DNA of 64,000 nt from Haliotis cracherodii (GCF_022045235.1 NW_027266268.1:6820001-6884000), one strand, 5' to 3'; counted from the stretch's first letter, positions 40,381 to 52,777 are shown. The notes: generated by a model from the sequence alone, not told the origin. Numbers and translations are program-made.

Positions 40381-40672
40381 GGGGGTCGTGGGTTGCCCAG
40401 TCTTCTAAGGCGCAGCAATTTCGCTGTGCAGAGTTGCACCCCCTGGGCACACCAGAAACCTATGATTGTGGGTTCGAATCCCGGTTTGCCCCAATTATGT
40501 TTCTAGGTTTGTCAGCACCATACCCGTGCTCATGGGTTTCACCGAAGTGGTAAACGTCTGAGACCTGCATCACTTGGGGCTTTCCTCTGACATTAAGCTG
40601 ACACGCTGCGATATAACTGGAATACTGTTAAAAGCGGTGTCAAACCCAACTCACTCACTCACTCACTCACTC
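40381..40672 (+). mobile_element. SINE family C, full length
   Basis: TSD actgaaa(a/g)ttac, box B, shared 3' tail. Confidence 0.9.
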
Positions 40673-42496
40673 ACTGAAAGTTACCAACATAAGTTTAATC
40701 CCTGTTGTAAATTCATTTCTCAGAGGCAGGGAAATTCTCGTAAATAACGGACGGTTTACATAAAATAGTGTCAAAGTCGAGTTGAAGACAATATGCTTTT
40801 AAGACATGCTATTGTTTGTAATTTCATTTTAACTTATATTTCAAGGTTTTTTTAAAAAGAATTCACTCCAAATGAATTAATAACCCTTTCAACCTTTTTT
40901 GTATTATTTACTGTTGTCAGTTTTATTTTGGTGTATTGACCAATCCTGATGAAATATCAATTCTATATCTGAAACACTGACTATACCAGGCTGAACTTGA
41001 ATTACCAGATAAATATAAATCATAGATTTTTCTCGTATCACCACTTCAGTGAAACACATGCATGAGCAAGGGTAGATGAAACATGAAGCAACTTTAGGAT
41101 GCAGTTCTGCACTTTGACGTGCGCCGCATTTAGACCACGGATTCATCCTTCATCTAACAGAAAAATATCGATGTATAACGTTCAGTTAGAGATAAGTGAC
41201 CTTGGACGACCGGTTATGAAAGTCTCTTTCATTTGCTGACATTCTAATCAGTGTGGCATGTCAGTCTAAACTTCAAGCTGTCTGGTTGTGATGGGTCTGA
41301 CAGTAAGGAGCTCGCCTGTGATGGGACAAGACACTCACAGTCGGCTGTGAGAGCACAGTGGTGTAGTGTGGAGTCGATGCTTGTTCAGCAATAGGAAGTG
41401 GACACATGTCGACACCAATTAATGTCCTGTGACTGTAGCTTTGTAGAAGCTGGTGGGGTAGGGGGAGGGGGAGTGGGGGAGAGATCATGGCTGGTGTTTC
41501 ATTGCTTGTTCAGCAAACAGTCGACGTCTGACAACACTAAGTTGTACTTATATGCATTATACCATAGTATAACACTGTGCAGAGTTGTGTCCCTTAGGCA
41601 TGCCAGGAAACTATAGTTGTGGATTTGAATGCTGGTTGACCCCCAGTTATGATTCTAGGTTTGTCAGGACCATACTCGTACTGATGGATTTCACCAAAGT
41701 GGTAAACGTCTGAGACCTGCATCACTTCAGGCTTTCCTCCCACGTCAAGCTGACACGCTGTGATATAACTGGAATACTGTTCGAAGTGGTGTTGAACCAA
41801 ACTCAAAACTCTCAAACATTATGGTATAGGTAGCAACCAATGAAAAACTATTGAGTTAAATATTATACATTTTGTGATTCTTGCCAAACTGCAACATATA
41901 AATGCATATATCATTTCCAAGAACTGCGAACAGAAAGTTTATCCTGTCATATATTTGATGAGAATTATGATATAATTTTTAGGCCACCTGAAAATGTGAC
42001 AATGATATATGTGCTACATTTTCCTTGTGTCATTATGACTGGAAGTTCCTTAGATGTTAAAGACGATTATTTGTTATGTGGAGTTGACCGTTTAATTTGT
42101 GCGTGATGTCTGTCGTGTATCTCCACCGGGCATGGCGGCCAGCACCCCATGGACGACAGTGATAGGGCAGCTGGTCGTCAGACGGAGACAAATCCTATTC
42201 CCTATCCACAATAATGATGAGATTATTATTAAAGGAGCAAAAGGACCCTTGAGAGTCTGAAATGTCGTTGAATCGATCCATTAAAACCCCCCAGTGTCAG
42301 TTATAGGAATGAAGAGGCAGACCTCGGATAGGAGACTCCTGAGTGGTGTGTCACCATCTTTACCATGTCCCACAGTGACAGCATATCTCTAGTAGACTTC
42401 GATTTACACATTCGTAAGGTAACACCCTATTGTCAAGCTTGCTTGAATTTAGTTTCTTTAATATAAGGGAATGTTTTATATGTGTGTGTTACTCAG

Positions 42497-42750
42497 GTTG
42501 AGTGAGTGAGTGAATATGGTTTTACGCCACTTTTAGCAATATTCCAGCAAGATCACGGCGGGGGACACGAGAAATGGGCTTCACACATTGTACCCTTGTG
42601 GGGAATCAAACCCTGGGCCCACTTGCACAAAGCGATCTTAGCGCTAAGATGATCATAACTCCCATACTTTAACATAGGCTTACAATAGTCGTAGCACTAA
42701 GATTGCTTTGTGCAAGTGGGCCCTGATCTTTGGCATGGTGAGCAAACTCA
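42497..42750 (-). mobile_element. SINE family B interrupted by a palindromic MITE (42616-42722, CTG TSD)
   Basis: SINE sequence resumes after the duplicated ctg; near-perfect TIR ggcccacttgcacaaagc. Confidence 0.88.
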
Positions 42751-43505
42751 CAGACTTTTTTTTTGTTCAGTTTCTTTCTAAGTTGGATATTGGCATATTT
42801 GCAAGACTGCAAGACTAAAAAATGCCAATTTCTAACACTAGAGTCTCTGTGGAATATTCCCTCCAAGATCAACACAGGACATACATATATATATATATCC
42901 GTGTCAAGATGCTATAACTGGAGATAAGTGTTCTTGGGCTGTAGAAGGAAATGTGATTATCCTACATGTCTGAGCTGCTGCAGTTGTTAAGGGGAAAAAC
43001 ACAAGTTCGCCAATAGGGTTAGGTGTCTCAGCAAAAACATGAAGTGGTTGAAAATGCCAAATGCAAAAAGGATTTTAGTTTCTTGAGGATCCATGTCTTG
43101 AGTGTCATGTGACCTGATGGTGTTGGCGATGTGAAATAGATGGACTGTCTCAGAGAGCAGTGTCCAGGGAATTTGTGTGAACTGTTCTTGAGTTTATCTC
43201 TTGGTGATAGCATATAATTATTTTTTTTAAAATGAAAATTAAGTTTCATGTCTGAAGAAAGGAGCATATGGGTCCTTACAATGCCATAACTTATTGAGCC
43301 TGTTCTGTGGGTGTTACATGTTAGTGTGAGGCTGTTGTGGTTTTTATTTCACCAGTAGCACCTGCTGCCTCAAAAAATGGAGAATTACTTCAGACCTACT
43401 ACTTTATGATCAAAGAAAGTTTCCACATTGAGATGTGACCGATACCTTCTTGTTTTTTAAGAAAAGTACAATAATTTACAGACGTCTACAGAGCCGATTC
43501 ATATA

Positions 43506-44128
43506 CATCTTCCCTAGGCAGAGAGTTAACTGACTGTAGCAGGGCCTGGAGTCATTCTACAGATGACCTTACCTTGTCAGCTTGCTGACGGGGTTAACCT
43601 CTTTGGTCATGTGGACAAGGCGTCCAACCTCGATCAGAAGGTCCGTGGTTCGAATCCCATCACAGGACTCGGAAATTTTATGACCGACACATGACTGTAA
43701 AAGTCCAGTTTCCAACCTTGCCGAACTAGCCTGGTATTATGGAGTTACCTTTTGGCTGGACTATCAAGTCTATTCATATTCGAATCCAATCAAAATCGCG
43801 CAACGAAATCGGAATCTGGTTCATAAACTATCATGCAGATTTCAGTACGTGATTTCATGCATTTCGCGATGTAAGACCCGTTTTATCATAATGTAGACCT
43901 TGATTATCGATCAGATGATCTTCACAAGGCACCGCTGTTTTGCCTTTGAAGCAAATGCAAGTGATACGAGAGGTGGAATCTGACTGGTCCATAGGAGATG
44001 CTTAGAAGGGACATAACTCGCAATAGCCATTGGTGGCGCTACGATTGAGCCCAGGAATTCCAGCCTAGTTCAGCAAGGGTAGAAACTGGACTTTTAAAGT
44101 CAGCTAACTCTCTTGCCTCGGGAAGATG
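43506..44128 (+). mobile_element. Non-autonomous TIR element (catcttccc...gggaagatg, TIR about 60 bp) carrying a 157-bp insert
   Basis: Inverted ends; insert-free second copy at 54341-54846. Confidence 0.85.
43535..43691 (+). mobile_element. Putative solo LTR with an internal tRNA-like promoter (Helenus-like TRIM)
   Basis: TGT...ACA termini, TGAC duplication, box A-like tggtcatgtgg, box B ggttcgaatcc. Confidence 0.65.
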
Positions 44129-44603
44129 ATCCCCCTGTGAAAGTTATATAAATATATATATTGTATACAGTTATCCCCACATGGATACAATGTATGAAGT
44201 CCTTTTCTGGAATGCCCCTAGTTATATTGCTGGAAACTTGCTAATGTGTGGTGTATAGAGTGTCTGCCTGGAGAGTGTGAGGTCGGTGATCCAATTCACT
44301 GGCCTTGTCATGCCAAAAGACACTTAAGGATGTGTCTCAGAGGTGTCTCCATGTTAATCTGTGGCATAGTATCTCAGTGGGCTTGGACAATTGAGCGTAC
44401 AAATGTGCATGCATATCGCTATTATAAGTAAAATAATCTTGAAACTGAAGACAGGACGCCTTATTATATTAAACCCAATTTTTCCTTGAATCACCTTAAA
44501 AAGGCATAAACCATACTCACTCACTCACTCACTCACTCACTCACTCACTCACTCATGTATTAATATTTGAAAGAAGTTTCTCACAAATGAAAATAATTTT
44601 CAG

Positions 44604-44945
44604 GATCTGACTGTGAGACGGACATAGATGACTGCCAGGTGGCGCCGTGTAAAAATGGTGGCACTTGTCAAGATGGCATCAACAGCTTCACCTGTGTCTG
44701 CGCTAGCGGTTTCACGGGTGCGACATGTTCTGTGGACATCGACGACTGTGTGTCAGGCCTGTGTTTATTTGGCTCTACGTGCGTGGACCTGGTCAATAGC
44801 TACACCTGTTTGTGCGCGGCCGGATACACAGGAAGATCATGTGACCACGATATTGACGAATGTGCGTCTGGACCCTGCTACAATGGTGGCACGTGTGCAG
44901 ATGGACGAGCTTCATACTCCTGTCAGTGTCCTTTGGGATTCACAG
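44604..44945 (+). CDS. Exon 4, EGF 6-8
   Basis: ttttcag| acceptor, ACAG|gtagga donor, phase 1-1, GSDCETDIDDCQVAPC. Confidence 0.95.
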
Positions 44946-45404
44946 GTAGGAGAATGTCAAATGTAATTTGTGTGAGGTCACAAGATAAAACACTCTATCC
45001 TATATTGATAAACATATATTGATTAGAAATATTCTTATATATATTTAGAAAATTTTGATAATATGGCTCCAATAAAAACAAACCCGTTTTTTATGTCACC
45101 TCGTTTGAAAGTTTTTATATACTAATTTCAAAAAGTTTACCCAAACATTCTGTGAGAGCTTCATACTCCTGTCAGTGTCCTTTGGGATTCACAGGTAGGA
45201 GAATGTCAAATGTAATTTGTGTGAGGTCACAAGATAAAACACTCTATCCTATATTGATAAACATATATTGATTAGAAATATTCTTATATATATTTAGAAA
45301 ATTTTGATAATATGGCTCCAATAAAAACAAACCCGTTTTTTATGTCACCTCGTTTGAAAGTTTTTATATACTAATTTCAAAAAGTTTACCCAAACATTCT
45401 GTGA
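44907..45404 (+). repeat. Exact 249-bp tandem duplication spanning the exon 4 donor
   Basis: 44907-45155 equals 45156-45404. Confidence 0.95.
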
Positions 45405-46061
45405 TAAACATTATACAAAATACCTCCAGCCCTATCTATGATCAATGTTGCGTGATGTTGGTTTTCTGCTAATCATCATTAGTTCTAATTAGATTTTCTT
45501 TAATAGCTTAAATGTTTTACCACAGCCTTGATTGATTATTTTACAAAGCTTAATGATAATGAAAGATGGTTTTATGAAGATTTTATGAGAGCTTCAAGGT
45601 AGACCACCAATTTGCACGCCAGATAAGATTTGAATGATCTAAATAATACTCAAAATCCTTTTATGAAACGTGATGTAAAGTTTAAGATGCTGTAATTTCA
45701 TGGCCCATCAGCAGAATGGCTCTTTTGCCTAATGTCTGCACTGTCTCAGTTAATTATTTGAATTTTATCCCGAAAATGAGTCTCGAGGCATTAAAAATTT
45801 CAGATTTTTTTTTTTAAGAAAATGATTTAGGCATGTGTGTTTATTAACTTTTTGATGGATGAGATTCACATGAAAGCATAAATGTCTGTTGGGATTATGT
45901 ATGGGATATATCGTGATTTTCTTTGTCTGGAGATACTTTGAGGCAATAAAATGATGTGAGGTTGGGTTGGTGGGGGATGTAAGTGGGGATGAGAATCTAA
46001 ATGAATTTAATAATTAAAACCTTTCATTTAAGGAGTTTTCACTGTGTATGTTTCTGACCAG

Positions 46062-46201
46062 GGCGCCGGTGTGAGGTGGACATTGATGACTGTCGTGGGC
46101 CGGTGCGGCATCTGTGCGTGAATGGTGCCACTTGTGATGACCGTGTCAACAACTACACCTGCATCTGTGGCCCCGGCTGGGAGGGACGCTACTGTCAACA
46201 G
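46062..46201 (+). CDS. Exon 5, EGF 9
   Basis: ctgaccag| acceptor, CAG|gtacct donor, phase 1-0, GRRCEVDIDDCRGPVRHLCVNGATC. Confidence 0.93.
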
Positions 46202-46204
46202 GTA

Positions 46205-46402
46205 CCTTATTTCCTCTATTAGAGGCCGGCTTCTATTAATATCACAATTTCACTATGACCACGAATGTCCTGAATCGTCACGATATGTAAATTGTAGGAA
46301 TTGATCGACCAGGCGTCTATTAGAGGCCCGGCTTCTATTTTTTGCACTGAACAATTGACCCTCCTTCTATAAGAGGCCAGGTGTCTAATAGAGGAAATAC
46401 GG
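46205..46402. mobile_element. MITE (ccgtatttcctctattaga TIR, TA TSD) inserted in the exon 5 donor
   Basis: TA at 46203-46204 and 46403-46404; inverted ends. Confidence 0.88.
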
Positions 46403-46660
46403 TATACATTTTGGTGTCACAATAATATTTGTCAAGTCAGTTGGAATTGAATTGAGGGTAAACAAATAAGATCGAATGCTAGGGTCATTTCAAAATTTTA
46501 AAACGTTCTAAAAGGGTGGAGTTTATGTACCAAATTTAAGAATTTAAGAATTCATACATTCTTGTTCACACAGATATTGATAATCTCCTCTGTGTATCCA
46601 TTAATCCATTTACTAAATGTGAGAATTGTCTCTCCATGTTCTGGTGTTCTGGTGTTCTAG

Positions 46661-46868
46661 GAGACTGATGAGTGCAAACCACGACCATGTGCTAATGGTG
46701 GTTTGTGTGTCGACGGCTTCAACAACTTTACCTGTAAATGCCCCAACAACTTCAAGGGAATCACGTGCAGCGACGATGTTGATGAGTGCAAGGGAGACAA
46801 CTCACCATGCCTCAACATGGGCAGATGTAACAACACGTTTGGTTCTTACACCTGCGACTGTGGGGAAG
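46661..46868 (+). CDS. Exon 6, EGF 10-11
   Basis: gttctag| acceptor, AAG|gtaggc donor, phase 0-1, ETDECKPRPC. Confidence 0.95.
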
Positions 46869-47612
46869 GTAGGCATCACTTGATGTATACTCAATGTTTG
46901 CTTTTCACTGTTTTTGAAGTTGGAGTAAATCTCCCTGTAGGTCTTCTGGTGTAGACCTGGTTGATTGAGTCTCATCGTACCCTAAATGCGTGGACATTGT
47001 ATCCTAAAGGCATGGAACGTTGCTCATAGTATTAATGACTGGATTGACTGGTCCAGACCCAATGACCTATAAATTTTCCATCTTTAGTGCCATCATCTAC
47101 TGGAAGCTTGTTTTTTTGGTCTTATTTTCTTGGAAGACAAAGGGAGATAATTTTGGCACTGTGGGGTAGCCTGGTGGTTAAAGCTTTTGCTCGTCTTATC
47201 AAAGACCCAGGTTCGATTCCGCACATGGGTACAATTTCTGGTGTCCTTCACCATGATATTGCTGGAATATTACTAAAAGCGGCGTAAAACTATACTCACT
47301 CATTCAGTTAATTTCGGGAAAGATAATATTATGCACGGAATTTCGCTAGGTCTCATAGACTGAACAAATTGGTGAAATATTAATGACAAATTTTAGTTTT
47401 AATAAGTTTTATAGCTGTTTTTTTTTAGTAACACATTAATTTCAGATTATTATAGTGTTTTTTTTCATATTTTGAAGAAAAATGGTATGCAGGTCTGTCA
47501 TCCAACAAATAGAAACTTAATGGCTATAGTTGGATCTCATTTAAGGACATTTGTTTATGTTGATTAGACCAAAGATCTATATATGTCTTTGATAAGACAC
47601 ATTACATTACAG

Positions 47613-47819
47613 GGTACTCTGGAAGCCATTGTGAGTCCGATATCAACGAATGTCAAGGTCTTCCATGTCACTTCAATGGGACGTGTGTGAACCTGATTGG
47701 TGGATATCGATGTGACTGTGTGGAGGGCTTCATGGGAAAGAACTGTGAGGCAGTCATACGACAGTGTCAGTTCGGCAACCCGTGTGGGGACAACGCTGTA
47801 TGTGTGGAGAAGCCTTCTG
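47613..47819 (+). CDS. Exon 7, EGF 12 and start of 13
   Basis: attacag| acceptor, G|gtaggt donor, phase 1-1, GYSGSHCESDINECQGLPC (not in ORF track). Confidence 0.93.
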
Positions 47820-49191
47820 GTAGGTTCAGAACATTGTCTTGATACATCCTAGACACCAAAAGATCTCTTCATGACAAAGAATATTATGGATAAGAACTTC
47901 TTTGTTATACATGCACAACTTTCCAGGGCTACCTCTTGCCCCTTCAGACCGCCTCCGTGGTCCGGTGGTAGAGCATCTGCCCCGAGAACGGAAGGTCGGG
48001 GGTTTTCACCTCATCTTTTGCCCCTTCATCAGGTGAAGGATAATATCCTGTGTCATGGTTACATCCAACTTCTAAGTGCCTGTAACAACTCAAAAAGTAT
48101 CCCTTGGTATTTTCTTGTGTGCTGCAGTCTGAATGGTCGAACATTGGTAAATGTGATCACTGAAATCTTTAAGACTTGCAAATGATTACTTTTCTGGATT
48201 ACATTCCATTTTCTTGATTAAAATTCATAATTTAATAAACATGCCATTCAGCTTGGCAAAACGGATACCACATTGATTATTGTTTGATCAGTATTTATCA
48301 GAATAACTTGGATTCGGTTGTTTCTTTCCACGTTCTGCTAACCTTGCGTTTTCAGTTGCTGTGATAGAATATGACTTCATCTGGTGCATTTTGATGTCGC
48401 ATATAGCATCCCAGCATGATGTCATGCCTAAACACAACTTAATTGTTAGCGTTCACGTACAGAGATATTGCCATACGTATGCTATTTTCAACATTAATAA
48501 GCAATATCATAAGTAATATGCAGGTTCCAAATGAAACTTCTGGCATCAAGTACTCAATAACAACTGTAAATCTAAAAACGCTTCATGTAAATCTCCATAA
48601 AGTGCCAGAATGTTGAGCGTTGTGCAAAAAATAGCTTATTCAGCTCTGCTCGTCTTATTGCACGAGGGTAGTTTCTGCTTCAGTGACCAATTCATTAGTG
48701 CACTCAGGTCAGGAAGCGCTGTTTTTCGGGGAATACTTCTGCCTTGTTTCTGCAGGGTGATTGGCTTCATACGACCAAGGCATTTGTATTGTAATCTAGG
48801 ATTTGATAAACGCTGGCTTCTAATCCAATTAAGCTGCCTATAAGTAATTTGTAACTCATCCTTAAGAAAAACACAGAAGCTTTCTCTTCAATTTGGCTCT
48901 AATGAACACATGACCGAAGTGAGTTTATTCTACGCAGCGCTTGGGTTGTTTTCTTCGCTGTCGAAGCTCTATAGGTATTGGTGTGACATCACGTACACTC
49001 AGAAATAATTTCATGCATGAATCAAAAACATCCAGAACCATCAACGTTCTGGCCCTATAATGTGCCCTGATGGCATGGATCACACAATAGCTGGTTCACT
49101 CCCCATACACTCTCTCCAAAAGGTTTCAACACCATTTATTATTTCACTGGATATTTGTATATTGAAGACATTAATCTACTTTCCGTTTTAG

Positions 49192-49332
49192 GCGGATACA
49201 CGTGTTTTTGTAAACCTGGTTACCATGGCAACAGATGCGAAACTGAGATCAACGAGTGTTCCTCAACTCCTTGTCGTAACGGAGGCACTTGCCGTGACGG
49301 CATCAACTTCTATAACTGTTCCTGTGTGGAAG
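49192..49332 (+). CDS. Exon 8, end of EGF 13 and EGF 14
   Basis: ccgttttag| acceptor, AAG|gtatgc donor, phase 1-1. Confidence 0.95.
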
Positions 49333-49532
49333 GTATGCATCTTTTAGCTCAAGATATTAACAGCAATCATAGAGACTGAGCTGCATGCTCTGAACCATTT
49401 AGTGTATATACTACTCAACTTTCGATAGGGATAATCAGATATATCATTCTATTTAAATATACACATGACATGTGAGGATGAGATTTGTGTATCATGGAGA
49501 GAAAAAAATATATCCCTATCAAAAATGGAGTA

Positions 49533-49905
49533 CCGTATTCGACATAATAAGTGCTCAGGGCACTCTCAAAATTAGAAATAGGGGGCTCTTATTAGAAAGG
49601 TAAATTTCGTGGTTCATGCGGACAGCCTGAAATGTTTATATACGACAGATATATTTTTCAAGAATTTAATTGCCCATAATTAAGGGTTCATATACCACAC
49701 GAGTGCGTATTATACGCGAATAAAAAAGTCTTTTACATTTAATTCTGGAAAAATATATCTGTCGTACATAAACATTTCATTCTGTCACTATTAAACACAA
49801 AATTTATCTTTCAACTCTGTTTTTTTTCACCAACATAATATTCTAATAAGAGTCCCCTATTTCTAATTTTGAGAGCGCCCTGGGCGCTTATTACGTCGAA
49901 TACGG
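49533..49905. mobile_element. MITE family M1, rearranged copy made of two left arms
   Basis: Left-end sequence occurs forward from 49533 and inverted up to 49905. Confidence 0.85.
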
Positions 49906-50082
49906 TCATGGTGAAATGGCAGATTGAGAATTCAATTTAAAATGGAATTAATAAATGTTTGGGGTGGCTTGTTCTGTATTGGATTTTGTATGCCATTGTT
50001 GTGTGTTTGAAAAAGTTATGTTTCAAGGTTTTATTATTTCTGAAACTGTTCAAGTCACTGATTATCTTCCCTTGTTTCCTAG

Positions 50083-50296
50083 GTTACGAAGGGAAGAACT
50101 GTGAAGTGGACATCAATGAATGTGCAAGTCAGCCATGTTTGAATAAGGGCGTGTGTTATGAACCTGCTCTCAACACCTTCGGCTGTAAGTGTCGGCCAGG
50201 CTTCACTGGCATCAGTTGTGATGTGAACGTAGATGACTGCATCTCCAACCCATGCCAGCACTACCAGGTGTGTGTGGATAGAGTCAACCACTACAG
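50083..50296 (+). CDS. Exon 9, EGF 15-16
   Basis: tttcctag| acceptor, AG|gtaggt donor, phase 1-2. Confidence 0.95.
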
Positions 50297-50945
50297 GTAG
50301 GTACTCGATCCGTCTCATCACCAACCTCACTACAGACAGGTAGACAGGATCAGTGTGGCAATAAGACTAAGATATCTTCGTTCATTGCCTAATTACCAGA
50401 ATTGTAGCAGTACACAAGCATGTGGCTGGTGCCATGTGTTTGCACTCAGCAGATTGTTAGTGAGAGTTATCTCCCCTGTCTGTGTTTGGCTGAGGCCCAT
50501 TTAAGGATGGGGCCCGTTTAGGGTTAAGCTATACCACAATCATTGTAGAAAAAAGAGTAGGTGGTCCATTACTCACCACAATTTGATGTAGAGAATCGTG
50601 TCCCTTTCTTGTGCCAGGATCTTTGATTATGACCCCTCGTCTGTCAGCACTATGCCAATGCTCACAGTTGCTCCAAAGTGATAATCCTCTTTGACGTGCA
50701 TCATTTTTTTCCGACACTGAAATGACACATTCTAACACAGCTGAAAAAGGGGTGTGAAACCAAACTCATTGCCTCCTGTACACACCCCTACTGCCACACC
50801 TATAAGGAGTCTGCGGCACATATTGCTTCAGGCTACCAAGGTCACATGAATAAACACAGACTTAACTTTATTTTTCTTCCATCATTTGAGATTGAACTAA
50901 TTATGTGGATGTTTAAATTAATGACATTCAAATATTGTGTTCCAG

Positions 50946-51412
50946 CTGCGAGTGCGCCCCAGGCATGACAGGAGATGTGTGTAACGTCCATATTGATGAT
51001 TGCCATAGCAACCCATGTAACAACCACGGCACCTGCATTGACGTCGGCAACATGTACGTCTGTCAGTGTCCATACCCATATACAGGCAGGAACTGTGACA
51101 CTGATGTAGATCCCTGCTTCCCTAACCCTTGTCTCCATGGCGGCACCTGTTTCCTTGACAACAGCATTGTCGAGGGCTACAGATGTACCTGTACGGGTGG
51201 TTTCATTGGCAAGCGTTGTCAAGGGGATGTGTATGACTGCCGGTCCAACCCCTGTCAGAGCGGTGGTACATGTGTTGAGAACACGGATGGACATGCAGGC
51301 TTCAAATGTCGGTGTTCGAGAGAGTTTGCAGGGACGTACTGTGAACTTGAATCCAACGACTGCATGTCCACGCCATGTCAGAACGGAGGAAGTTGCACAC
51401 CAAACCAAAATG
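50946..51412 (+). CDS. Exon 10, EGF 17-20
   Basis: gttccag| acceptor, G|gtaatt donor, phase 2-1. Confidence 0.95.
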
Positions 51413-51487
51413 GTAATTATGTTTTCTAAATAATCATAATAATAATAATTATATTCTAACTCTGCTCTACTTGATACAAGTGACACA

Positions 51488-51790
51488 GACTGCCTCCATG
51501 GTCTTGTTGATAGAGTGTCTGCCCAGAGATCAGAAGATTGGTGGTTGATCCCCAGACCATCACACTAAAAGATGTTAAAAGATGGTACTTATAACCCTGC
51601 CTGGTGCCAGGCATTTAGGGCGTAGAAAATCTGAACCAGTCGGTTTAGAGTATACTGTGTCTGAGTGGGGTATTCATTTTAAACTGTGGCATGGTATAGC
51701 AGTGGGCTAGCACTATAAAACCTCATTAGTCTGGACTAGTAGAAGCACACACACAGACATGCAAACAGACACGCAAACAGACACACACCC
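51488..51790 (+). mobile_element. Old tRNA-derived SINE, Meta-domain-like
   Basis: Degenerate tRNA head, aaagatgttaaaagatggtactt...ccctgcctgg segment, (CA)-rich tail; relatives at 44245-44480 and 60830-61050(-). Confidence 0.65.
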
Positions 51791-51967
51791 ATGCACAGAC
51801 ACAAACATACATGCACACACATATACGCTTATCACTATTTAAGTGCAATAATCTTGAACATGACATTAAATCGCATTGATGAAAATCAAACATTAAAATA
51901 ATGGAATCGCACACCCTAATGGTAGACTTCTTCTGAACAATCTTCTTCTTCATATCTACATGAACAG

Positions 51968-52228
51968 GCTACACGTGTCAATGCCCTTTAACATACACGG
52001 GTCAGGACTGTCGCCAAGACGTCGACGAGTGTGACCAATCAGCAACTCTGTGTCAGAATGGTGGTCGCTGCTTCAATCTGATTGGTGGATATAGCTGTGT
52101 GTGCAGCCCCTATTGGACAGGCCCCAACTGCCAGGTGGACATCAAGGAGTGTCAGCTGAGTCCCTGCCGGAACAATGCAACCTGCATGGAGGTGGTGGGT
52201 GGGAGCCCCCGGTGTGTCTGTCCTCCAG
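51968..52228 (+). CDS. Exon 11, EGF 21-22
   Basis: gaacag| acceptor, CAG|gtgagt donor, phase 1-1. Confidence 0.95.
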
Positions 52229-52308
52229 GTGAGTTTGGTGTGGGTCCTAGTCTGTGGTTTGAATCTGTGGTTGCAATGAGGTGGTGGATTTGAGCATTAG
52301 TGAGTTTG

Positions 52309-52564
52309 TTTGTTGTTTAACGCCACACTCAGCAATATTAAAACTGTATGACAGCGGTCTGTAAATAATCGAGTCTGGACCAGACAATGCAGTGATTAAT
52401 ATCATGAGCATCGATCCGGGCAATTGGGAGAGATGACATGCATAAACCAAGTCAGCGAGCCTGACCATCCGATCCCGTTAGTCGCCTCTTACGACAAGCA
52501 TAGTCGCCTTTAATGGCAAGCATGGGTTGCTGAAAACTTATTCTACCCCGGATCTTCATGAGCC
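52309..52564 (-). mobile_element. SINE-like family A, full length
   Basis: 11-bp TSD tagtgagtttg. Confidence 0.92.
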
Positions 52565-52777
52565 TAGTGAGTTTGATGTGAATTCAAGTACACTGCTTGG
52601 TTATCAAGCAAGTAATTTTTGTTTGTCTTCATATTTCTTGCTTGGGATAAATCATCTTAAAATGTTTTGGAAATAGATCTTTCATCTTATGAACTCATGA
52701 ATTTTCAGCTATGTTAGATGTATATTATTTAATAGTATTCCAACTGTGTGTCATTGTGTGCTTTGTTAATGATTCAG

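Noticed and set aside
50842-51486. 214 aa minus-strand ORF and similar antisense ORFs over exons
   Set aside because: Antisense shadows of EGF/LamG exons
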